This document shows, piece by piece, positions 18,042-26,150 of a stretch of 46,101 nt of DNA (positions are counted from its first letter, which is position 1; each line of letters starts with the position of its first letter). Source of the DNA: Candidatus Nanoarchaeia archaeon (lineage in GTDB: Bacteria; Patescibacteriota; Microgenomatia; Woykebacterales; RBG-16-39-9b); contig DATBWR010000011.1 in assembly GCA_036514715.1 (NCBI GenBank), positions 1 through 46,101 of the forward strand. Direction: 5' to 3'. The translations under genes and the position numbers were made by a program. The notes beneath the pieces are model-generated. The model searched no databases. It was not told the origin of the DNA and saw only the letters and a program-made list of their open reading frames with translations.

Positions 18042-19640
18042 TCACCAGATAGGTCTGTTGATTACCCAACTATCAGCTTGGGCGAAACGGTCTTGGGGTT
18101 CAAGGAAATTTTTTAAGTCAACTTGAGTTATTCGATTGGAGTGTACCCAAACGTAGCGTGGGTAGTACAAAAAGATCGCTGGTGCTTCATCAAGTAAAAG
18201 ACGGGCAAACTCCTGGTACTTCTCTCTCCTAACTTTTTCATCTAAGTTCTTTCTACCATCTTCCAAAAGCTTGTCGAGTTTTGGCGAAGTGATGCCAGAA
18301 ACATTCGCCTCAGTAGTTTGAGTTGTGTGCCAGAGAACATATTGATCTGGATCTGGATTTAAAAGCTGTGAGGTGAGTAAAACGCTGAAACTGCGGTTGG
18401 GAACAATTTGATTTTTCAGCTCTTGCCCGGCAACTATATTGACCGCTACTTCTGCCCCAACTTTCTCCCAAGCTTCTTTTAGCTTTAAAGCTGTGTGTTC
18501 AAACTCGCTATCCTCAACTGTAGTAATGGAAAAGGCAAGCTTTTTACCCTCTTTATAGCGTTTCCCGTCACCGGCCAGTACCCAGCCGGCAACGTCAAGG
18601 TTTGAGTTAGTTTTCTCGAGGTTGAAAAGATACTTTTCTTTGGCTTCTTTTTGAAGGGTGTCAAGGAGTGAAAAGGAATTAAGCGCTACCCTACCTTTAG
18701 ATCCTTTCCCTATTTTTAATAATTCCTCTTTGGGGACCGCGTAAGAGAAAGCCTGACGCACTAACTTATCGGCAAAAATTTCGTCCCTAAGGTTAAAAAA
18801 GGCGGTTACTAATCTAAAAGGTAAAACTTTTTCCTCAATTTCAAAATTATCCCAATTAGCCAAACCATTGTTTTGAGAAGGAAAATTAGCTAAACCGTGC
18901 ACTTCACCCAGTTTCAGGGCAGTTAAGGCTGCCTCGAAGCTAGGGTAAAACTTAAACTTAAGTTTATTTTTCGCTCCTTCCAGAGTGACTTCACTTTCTT
19001 TCACGTTAATAAATCTAAACTCTCCTGTCCCAACCGGTCGGTATTTGTTTAGGGGGATATGGGACGGTATGATACCGACAGTAGTCGCGGTTAAAAACGG
19101 TGCAAAAGGCTCCTTAAGACGAAAGACCACAGTGTAATCGTCAACTTTGTTGACCTCGACGTCACGAAAATTAGAGGAGAGTTCCGATTCATACAGCGGA
19201 TTTTGGGCTATCTTCACCGTATAAACTACGTCGCTGGCGGTGAAGCGCTTACCATCGTGCCATTTGACATCTTGTTTAAGAGTAAATTCGTATTCAGTTG
19301 AGGATTTCACCCTGAAACTTTTGGCCAGATCGCTTTCCAAGACTCCTTGAGAAGAAACTTTCATTAACCCTCGGAAAACTAAGCTGTTAATTTCTTTTTC
19401 GCTTTCTGTCTTGCTAAAAAGGGGGTTAAAAGTATTGGGCTTGCCAACAACCGCCTCACTATACAATGGTTTAATTAGCTTGTTAGTTGTTTGCGCTATC
19501 CGACTCTGTAGAAAGGGAGCAAAGGCAAAAAAGATAAAAACTGCAAGTAGTAGTAGCAGAACGCTCAAGGAAACTTTTTTCCACTCCTTCTTCAAGAGAG
19601 CCAAAATTAGAAGGTAGTAGAATCTTAATTTACGCAACAT
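18042..19640 (-). CDS. OppA/DppA-like (family 5) solute-binding protein with N-terminal TM
   Basis: P.TFNPL, DLAKS, WHDGK.FTASDVVYT, PVGTG.F, PAIFLYY. Confidence 0.85.
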   Translation of the reverse strand: MLRKLRFYYLLILALLKKEWKKVSLSVLLLLLAVFIFFAFAPFLQSRIAQTTNKLIKPLYSEAVVGKPNTFNPLFSKTESEKEINSLVFRGLMKVSSQGVLESDLAKSFRVKSSTEYEFTLKQDVKWHDGKRFTASDVVYTVKIAQNPLYESELSSNFRDVEVNKVDDYTVVFRLKEPFAPFLTATTVGIIPSHIPLNKYRPVGTGEFRFINVKESEVTLEGAKNKLKFKFYPSFEAALTALKLGEVHGLANFPSQNNGLANWDNFEIEEKVLPFRLVTAFFNLRDEIFADKLVRQAFSYAVPKEELLKIGKGSKGRVALNSFSLLDTLQKEAKEKYLFNLEKTNSNLDVAGWVLAGDGKRYKEGKKLAFSITTVEDSEFEHTALKLKEAWEKVGAEVAVNIVAGQELKNQIVPNRSFSVLLTSQLLNPDPDQYVLWHTTQTTEANVSGITSPKLDKLLEDGRKNLDEKVRREKYQEFARLLLDEAPAIFLYYPRYVWVHSNRITQVDLKNFLEPQDRFAQADSWVINRPIW

Positions 19641-19662
19641 ACCACAAGTTTAAGCTAAGGGT

Positions 19663-19887
19663 TTATTTGTTTAAAATCACCGCTACCAACGAGATTAAGG
19701 CAAGTAAGACAGCGCTCACAATTGTTGCATAATGCAACATCTTCTCCACACCTCGTCTGGAGCGGTAAACAACTGTTTCTCCACCAAAAGCAGCTCCCAC
19801 CCCACTACCTTTAGCCTGAAGAAGAACAAAGGCAACTAGAGAAATTGCAACGACGATTTGAGCAACTAGTAAAACGTTTTCAAGCAT
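19663..19887 (-). CDS. secG: Preprotein translocase subunit SecG
   Basis: VLLQAKGSG.GAAFGG...RRGVEK, 2 TM. Confidence 0.92.
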   Translation of the reverse strand: MLENVLLVAQIVVAISLVAFVLLQAKGSGVGAAFGGETVVYRSRRGVEKMLHYATIVSAVLLALISLVAVILNK

Positions 19888-19935
19888 ATAAGAAGCTAGA
19901 TTAACACAAGTAGCCAGAAGAAAGCAAACGTATTT

Positions 19936-20337
19936 CTAGCGGAAGAGCGAGAAGAGGACAGTGGAAATTAAGCCGATGAAAAAGGAGGCAACTAGAGCAG
20001 ACACAAGTTGGCTCAAATCCCAAGCAGGAACAATAAAACCTGAGTAAGTGAACCCGGAGAAGTGCCAACCGACAATTTTAAAGTCGGTGACTAAAGTAGA
20101 GACACCATAGAGAACAATTAAATTAATTACAAAGCTAAAAATGCCGAAAGTCAACAAATTAAAGGGAAGGGACAGTAGCGTAATGACTGGTTTAACAAAG
20201 ATGGTCAAAAGCGAAAAGACTGCTGCTGCAGAAAGCAAAATAGTAAGGTTACCGTTGTAGTTAAAACCCGGATAATAATAAGCAACTAGACTAAAGGCAA
20301 TTAAAGAAATAACTAAGGAACGGGCATGTTTTTTCAC
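19936..20337 (-). CDS. YvlD/DUF360-type 4-TM 'phage holin family' membrane protein
   Basis: VKP....LSLP.N.LTFG.F.FVIN motif; promoter TTGACC-17-TAAACT. Confidence 0.75.
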   Translation of the reverse strand: MKKHARSLVISLIAFSLVAYYYPGFNYNGNLTILLSAAAVFSLLTIFVKPVITLLSLPFNLLTFGIFSFVINLIVLYGVSTLVTDFKIVGWHFSGFTYSGFIVPAWDLSQLVSALVASFFIGLISTVLFSLFR

Positions 20338-20372
20338 ATTAAAAGTTTAGCGAAAACCACCACTTTGGTCAA

Positions 20373-21635
20373 TCAGCCACCAACTAAATTTAAAAGTTGC
20401 TTGCTTCTTAAATAACGGTGGTAGCGGAGGGCAAAGCGGTGAGACTCGTCTCTAATTCTTTGAAGAAGTTGCAAAGCTGGCGAGCTTCGTTCCAAACGGA
20501 GTGGTTTTTTTTCGTTGGGTAAATATATCTCCTCCAGTTTTTTAGCTAAGCCAACTACCGGGATTTTTAAATCTAAGTCCCTCAGAACCGATAGTGCTAC
20601 TGACAGTTGTCCCTTACCTCCGTCCACAACAATTAAATTTGGGTGTTCCCAGTCATTCTTGAACCGGCGACCTAAAACCTCAGCCATCATGGCAAAATCA
20701 TTACTGGTCGAAAGAGTTTTAATTCTAAAGCGTCGGTAATCATCTTTACTTATTTGACCGCCAGTCAAAACTACCATGGATCCAGTCGCATTAGTTCCCA
20801 TAATATTGGAAATATCGTAACACTCAATCCTTAAGGGTTTTTCTTTAAGTTTAAGAACCTGCGTAAGATTCGCCAATTGCCTTTCGTAGAAACTCTCCAA
20901 AACTGCCGGTCCTTCCAAATACTTTTCAACATCCTCAACCCTCTTCGTAATGTGGGCGATAGCTTCGATTTTGGTTTTAGTTTTAGTCGCTTCTTCAAAC
21001 TCTAGATTTTTTGCTTGTAACCTCATTTCTTTTTCTAACTCGTCCACAACACCCCTTGTATCGCCGCTGAGAAATTTAATTAATTTTCTTAAAATCTTCT
21101 GATAGTCTTTTTTGGTAAGAGCTCCAACACAAACTCCAGGGCAAAGACCTAAATGAAAACCCAGACAAGCACGGGCCGAATTAGGCCGACAGCCAGTCCT
21201 AAAGCTAAAAATCCGGCGGGCAATCTTTAAAGTGGTTCTGGCGGCAGAGGCACTAGTAAAAGGGCCAAAATACTCTTTAGCGCCCGCTAAATCACGCTTA
21301 CGACCAGTGGTTACTCTAGGGTAGTCTTCCTTGGTGATAATAATGTAGAGATAATCCTTATCGTCTTTCAACTGATGGTTGAAATAGGGCTGATGCTTCT
21401 TAATGAGGTTTGCTTCTAGTAGAAGTGCCTCGATGTCAGAGTCTACTCGAATGTAATCAAGGCTAACTGCTGCCCTCACCAAGAGACGGGTTTTTGCTGA
21501 AAATACGTTTTTGGCAAAGTAGCTTCCAACTCGATCTTTTAGATTAACTGCCTTACCCACGTAGATAACTTTCCCTTTTTTCCCTTTAAATAGGTAAACT
21601 CCTGGTGAAGAAGGTAAGTTTTTTACATTTTCCAT
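20373..21635 (-). CDS. uvrC: Excinuclease ABC subunit C (short, no HhH tail)
   Basis: LPSSPGVYLF, IYVGKA, Cys cluster, RIECYDIS, VDGGKGQL, IRDESHRFA. Start reset to MENVK at 21635. Confidence 0.92.
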   Translation of the reverse strand: MENVKNLPSSPGVYLFKGKKGKVIYVGKAVNLKDRVGSYFAKNVFSAKTRLLVRAAVSLDYIRVDSDIEALLLEANLIKKHQPYFNHQLKDDKDYLYIIITKEDYPRVTTGRKRDLAGAKEYFGPFTSASAARTTLKIARRIFSFRTGCRPNSARACLGFHLGLCPGVCVGALTKKDYQKILRKLIKFLSGDTRGVVDELEKEMRLQAKNLEFEEATKTKTKIEAIAHITKRVEDVEKYLEGPAVLESFYERQLANLTQVLKLKEKPLRIECYDISNIMGTNATGSMVVLTGGQISKDDYRRFRIKTLSTSNDFAMMAEVLGRRFKNDWEHPNLIVVDGGKGQLSVALSVLRDLDLKIPVVGLAKKLEEIYLPNEKKPLRLERSSPALQLLQRIRDESHRFALRYHRYLRSKQLLNLVGG

Positions 21636-21645
21636 TTGGTATATT

Positions 21646-23553
21646 TTACCGCTTTTGAAAAGCCGCCCGCAGCCGGAGCATTTGGGGCTGTACCCAAGAG
21701 AGAACAACTAGAATAAAAATTCCCAAAAGAACCAGTTGAGGTATTTCCAAACTAAAGAAAGGTTTGACGTTTATTTCTTTCTGAACACTGACTTTAAGCT
21801 CTTGGTCTTGGTTCACTCCTGTTAGGTTAACAAACAGAATTTCCTGCCGGTTGTCCAAAAAAGAAGAGCTGCGCAATTTCAGATCGTAAGTGTTCTTCGC
21901 AAAAGGTAAGAGTGTTCCAACTTCGATAACTTTGGGATTAATCAAACCTAAGGCACTACTTCCGGTAACTGTTATTTTGGTTTTAAAGAGAGCTCTTCCA
22001 GAAACATTTTCCAAGCTTAATTTGGTAAGAGAGGGAAAACCGGAAATAACTTTGTCTGTTTCTAGTGCAAGAACCGGATTTGGTGCCATCTCAAAGGTTT
22101 GATCAACAACTTCAACTTTAACATCGTCCACTTCATTTTCAGAAAGCTTGTAGGCTCCAGCTGGATAGGGAAACTGGCTCGAAGTACCATAAATAGCAAA
22201 GGCGAAATGGTTAGTGTCTAACCGGTTAAAATAATCCACACCGCCGGTAGTTACTCCCCAGGTTGGGTCAACTTGCACCCAATGACCTCTCTGCCGGTCA
22301 TAATACTCAGGCCAAGCATGCAGCACAGTAGTATCCACCAAACCCTCAATTTTAGTAGGCCTCAGGTCAGAATTATCAGTATAAGCAAAGCCAATCAGAC
22401 CACGGGCTGGAATACCTTTGGCACGAGCCAAGGCAACAAAAAGGTCGGAAAAATCAGTACAAATTGACTGTTCGGGTTTATTGAAAGCAGTTAAGGCCCC
22501 TCGTCTACCTAAAGAATCGTTTTCTAACCGACTGAAATCGTATTTTAGGGTGGAGACTACAAAATCATAAATCTCACTGACATTTTTAAGTTCTTTGGCT
22601 TTCTTTTGAATTTGCGAATTTTCACTTTCGATGTACTTATCGCTCTTGGTAAAAGCTTTTAACTCTTCTTCGCTCCACATTTTAGGAACTTGAAACGGCT
22701 TCTCTGCATCAACTAACTTTGCATAGCCTTGAGCGATAACCTCTAAAATCTTCCCGCCACTAACTTTGTAAGTGGCTAAGTAATTTCCGTTCTCGTCCAT
22801 CTCGATCTCTGGAGGCTTTGGGTCAATGGAATTGTAATAAAGGGCTTGATACTCTGTGTCGGGGGGCAGGGCGACAGTTGCCTTAGCTACTGTTAAATTG
22901 GGGTTTTTGTAGCGGTATTTAAGGGTAAACTTAAAAAGTTGGTAATCACCGAAACTTGCTCCAATACCACTGTCCACTAAAGAGTCTTGACTAAAGATGT
23001 AGTTAGTTCTGGTAGTCTCATCAACAACTTGGGAAGGTTGAGGGGCGATCTTGCCAAGTTTACCAAAATTCTTTGGGACTGACACTGTCAGTTTATAAGC
23101 CGAAACGTTCTCACTGGTAACAATCTGAGGAATGTTGACTTCCCAAATCCGACCGCGTTTGACCGCCAGGGAATCAATGGTGTAGAAGATTTTAAAATTA
23201 ACTGACTTTCCCTTACCAACTATTTTTTGGTTCAGAGTAGCTACTAAAATAGTTGAGTTATTTTGGGTTTTAGTAATGATCGGAATAGTGCCCAAGCCAT
23301 CGCTGCCCGAAACGTTGGTAACCCGATCTGAACTTATCGTCAGACTGTATTCTGAAGCGTAAAAGTTATCGGTTAGATTCTCGAGCGTGATGCTTTGGGT
23401 CACCAGTGCTTGACCAGCCTCTGCAAAAACAAAATTAATATCGTAACCAGTCGAAAACTGAGCGCTGGCGGAAACTTTAAGGGGGACTTGCGAAAAAACA
23501 AAAGTAGCAAGGAAAAGAACAACAAGCAGTTTTTTAGAAAATATTTTAACCAT
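21646..23553 (-). CDS. Exported transglutaminase-like protein with C-terminal TM anchor
   Basis: Signal peptide; triad ICTDFS / HAWPE / VDPTW. Confidence 0.85.
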   Translation of the reverse strand: MVKIFSKKLLVVLFLATFVFSQVPLKVSASAQFSTGYDINFVFAEAGQALVTQSITLENLTDNFYASEYSLTISSDRVTNVSGSDGLGTIPIITKTQNNSTILVATLNQKIVGKGKSVNFKIFYTIDSLAVKRGRIWEVNIPQIVTSENVSAYKLTVSVPKNFGKLGKIAPQPSQVVDETTRTNYIFSQDSLVDSGIGASFGDYQLFKFTLKYRYKNPNLTVAKATVALPPDTEYQALYYNSIDPKPPEIEMDENGNYLATYKVSGGKILEVIAQGYAKLVDAEKPFQVPKMWSEEELKAFTKSDKYIESENSQIQKKAKELKNVSEIYDFVVSTLKYDFSRLENDSLGRRGALTAFNKPEQSICTDFSDLFVALARAKGIPARGLIGFAYTDNSDLRPTKIEGLVDTTVLHAWPEYYDRQRGHWVQVDPTWGVTTGGVDYFNRLDTNHFAFAIYGTSSQFPYPAGAYKLSENEVDDVKVEVVDQTFEMAPNPVLALETDKVISGFPSLTKLSLENVSGRALFKTKITVTGSSALGLINPKVIEVGTLLPFAKNTYDLKLRSSSFLDNRQEILFVNLTGVNQDQELKVSVQKEINVKPFFSLEIPQLVLLGIFILVVLSWVQPQMLRLRAAFQKR

Positions 23554-23579
23554 TTAAGGGTTCTTGTGTTACCAGCGGG

Positions 23580-23960
23580 TTAGTCTTCGTTAAACCAAGT
23601 TTTAGCTTTAGCGGATAGCTCGGCAGGGTTGAACTGGGATTTAATCAGATACTCGTTAGCTCCTAGTGTCAAACCTTTTTCGATCATCTCCTGCTCGTCA
23701 AAATTGGAGAGGATCACTATTGGTGTTTTCTTAGTAACTTCACTCTCCCTCAAGTGCTTCAAGACTTCAAAACCATCCATCCCGGGCATTTTTATATCCA
23801 GGAAAATAAGCTCGGGTTTTATCTCCAAGGCTTTCTTCAAACCACTTTCTCCATCTTCGGCTACTTCAACTGAGTAACCGTCCAACGTCAATTTTAGCCG
23901 GTAAAGCTGGGCTACTTCTTTTTCATCTTCGATAAGCAGAACAGTTAGTTTGTCTGACAT
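23580..23960 (-). CDS. Single-domain response regulator
   Basis: LIEDE, FLDIKMP.MDG, LSN, YLIKS. Confidence 0.92.
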   Translation of the reverse strand: MSDKLTVLLIEDEKEVAQLYRLKLTLDGYSVEVAEDGESGLKKALEIKPELIFLDIKMPGMDGFEVLKHLRESEVTKKTPIVILSNFDEQEMIEKGLTLGANEYLIKSQFNPAELSAKAKTWFNED

Positions 23961-24006
23961 AAATTTCCCTTAAAGCTCAAAGCAGATTTTAGCAAGAAAA
24001 AGTTTG

Positions 24007-26097
24007 TCATGCAAACTTCCTTGGCAAGCTAAAAGTAAACTTAGAACCTTTGCCTGGTTCTGACCAAACTTCTAAATGGCCCTTATGCAGTTCCACTAGC
24101 GACTTAACAATAAATAACCCTAAACCAGTCCCGCGGTTTTCTTTTAAATAACTCCCCGGCACTTGCTGAAACTTCTCAAAAATTATTGACTGAAGTTTTT
24201 TGGGTATTCCAACCCCATTGTCCTTAACTGCCACGTAAACCTTTTCGTCCTCTTGCCAGTAGGTAAGCACTACCTCTCCACCAGGGTTGGTAAATTTAAG
24301 CGAGTTATCAACCAAATTCAACAAAACTTCATAAATCTTGCTCTTATCAAAAAAAGCGGTTGTTTTTGCCTCCTTATTCGTACGCTCAACACGCAAGTTA
24401 ACTTTTTTCTGAAAAGCAACGTAGCCTAACTCTTCCACGACTTCATCAATCACCTCTTTAAGAAGATATTCCTTTCGGTTGAGTTGGACTCTCTTTTCCT
24501 CAATTCTCGACACGTTTAAAAGATCACTTACCAGGTCAGTTAAACGCTCAGTTTCGTTGTAAACTTTATTTAAAACCTCTCTTAGTTGTTGTCGGGACTG
24601 ACTATCAGAAAAATCTCCCAAATCACCGTTAATTAACAGTGATAAGTAGCCATTAATGACTGTCAGTGGAGTTCTAAGCTCATGTGAAGCAACGGAAACA
24701 AACTGACTCTTAGCTTTCTCGATTTCCTTGACTGAGTTAATATCACGAATAACTAAAACTATTTCCTGGATCTCACTAGAGGCGTCCTTAATCGGAGAAG
24801 CACTAACCCCAACCCAAACATCCTCCGAACTTGCGTTTGTATGTAGATACTCTTCATATGGAATTGGTTCTTTAGTAATCAGAATTTTCTCTAAAGGGTT
24901 AAAATCAGGGTAGTACAGGCCGTTGCCTGTATGGCATTTGAAAACTTTATAGTAATTCTGCCCGAGTACTTGTCTCAAGCCCATACCACTAAAGTTCTCG
25001 CAAGTTGAGTTCATATGCGTAATCTTAAACTCCCTATCGATTAGACAAACTGCCTCATCAACATTAGAAAAAACCGCGTTCCAACGGTCCCTTTCTTTTT
25101 GAATCCTCTTAAAGTTAGTCGCAAGGTCCTGTTCCTGCTTTCTTTCCTTAGTAACGTCTCGGTAAGCTGCTGCCATACCAGCAAAATTTCCATCTTTAAT
25201 AACTGGGTAGTAGTTAGCTTCAATAACTTTCGGAGGATTGGAATGGATGATCATTAAACCACCTAGAAAAGGCTTTTTGTCTTCGTAAACTGTTTTTTTC
25301 ATCTCCTCAATATCGTAAAGACGGGTCGCTTTGTACTTATGATATTTATCCCAGTTTCCAATTAACTCTTCGCGTCTTAGGCCAATAGTACTAGCAGTAT
25401 TACCAAAAAAGTGGCTGATCGCCCGATTTGCATAGTAAATAACCCCGTCTGGTCCGTGCAAGGCCAAGCCTTCTCCAACACTGTTTTGCAACAACTCTAA
25501 CGTCTCATTTTGAACCTTGACTGAGGAGAGCAAATCTTGGTTATGCATCTTTAGGCCAAGGTGAAGGCCGATAAGCTCACCAATCTTAATATCTTCACTG
25601 GAAAAAGAAGTTCGTCGATTGGAAAAAAGAGCAAAAACTCCTAAAGCCTCTTCTTTAAGTAAAACTGGGAAAAAGATGCCGCTTTTAATACCTACCTTTT
25701 TTAGAGAAACAGGGATTTCGCTAGCGGCAGTTAGAACCTTCTTCTTACGAAAGGAACGTGAGAGTGGGTAATCAGAATTAAGCGGCAGCTGTCTTATTAA
25801 ATTAATTTCGGCAATTCCTTTTTGAGCAGCCTCGCTACTGCTAATGTAAGCTGCAGTTAGTTTTCTTTTGGTCTCATTGGGAAAATAGATAGCACAGACT
25901 TCGGCGCCAAAAATCTTCAAACTGTAGTTGGTGGTAAGTGAAAAGAGACGTTCTTTACTCTTGGCTTTGGCTAGCTCATGCATAAGATGCAAAAGCAAAT
26001 TATTTTTAGTGTTCAAATCTTTTAAGTTTTCATCGTGAGCAACGTTTAGTTGGCCACTGCTCAACTTAAACTTCTTAAGAAAAGTTTGTTTTTGCAT
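24007..26097 (-). CDS. Cytoplasmic GAF-PAS-PAS sensor histidine kinase
   Basis: SHELRTPL, NLVDNSLKFT, DNGVGIP, GTGLGL; no TM segment. Confidence 0.9.
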   Translation of the reverse strand: MQKQTFLKKFKLSSGQLNVAHDENLKDLNTKNNLLLHLMHELAKAKSKERLFSLTTNYSLKIFGAEVCAIYFPNETKRKLTAAYISSSEAAQKGIAEINLIRQLPLNSDYPLSRSFRKKKVLTAASEIPVSLKKVGIKSGIFFPVLLKEEALGVFALFSNRRTSFSSEDIKIGELIGLHLGLKMHNQDLLSSVKVQNETLELLQNSVGEGLALHGPDGVIYYANRAISHFFGNTASTIGLRREELIGNWDKYHKYKATRLYDIEEMKKTVYEDKKPFLGGLMIIHSNPPKVIEANYYPVIKDGNFAGMAAAYRDVTKERKQEQDLATNFKRIQKERDRWNAVFSNVDEAVCLIDREFKITHMNSTCENFSGMGLRQVLGQNYYKVFKCHTGNGLYYPDFNPLEKILITKEPIPYEEYLHTNASSEDVWVGVSASPIKDASSEIQEIVLVIRDINSVKEIEKAKSQFVSVASHELRTPLTVINGYLSLLINGDLGDFSDSQSRQQLREVLNKVYNETERLTDLVSDLLNVSRIEEKRVQLNRKEYLLKEVIDEVVEELGYVAFQKKVNLRVERTNKEAKTTAFFDKSKIYEVLLNLVDNSLKFTNPGGEVVLTYWQEDEKVYVAVKDNGVGIPKKLQSIIFEKFQQVPGSYLKENRGTGLGLFIVKSLVELHKGHLEVWSEPGKGSKFTFSLPRKFA

Positions 26098-26150
26098 GTG
26101 TATATGAGTTTATAACCTAAACTAACAATGGGAGTATAATATAACTTTGT

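Noticed and set aside
19936-20337. 'Holin' as evidence of a prophage
   Set aside because: YvlD/DUF360-type chromosomal membrane family; no phage genes nearby.
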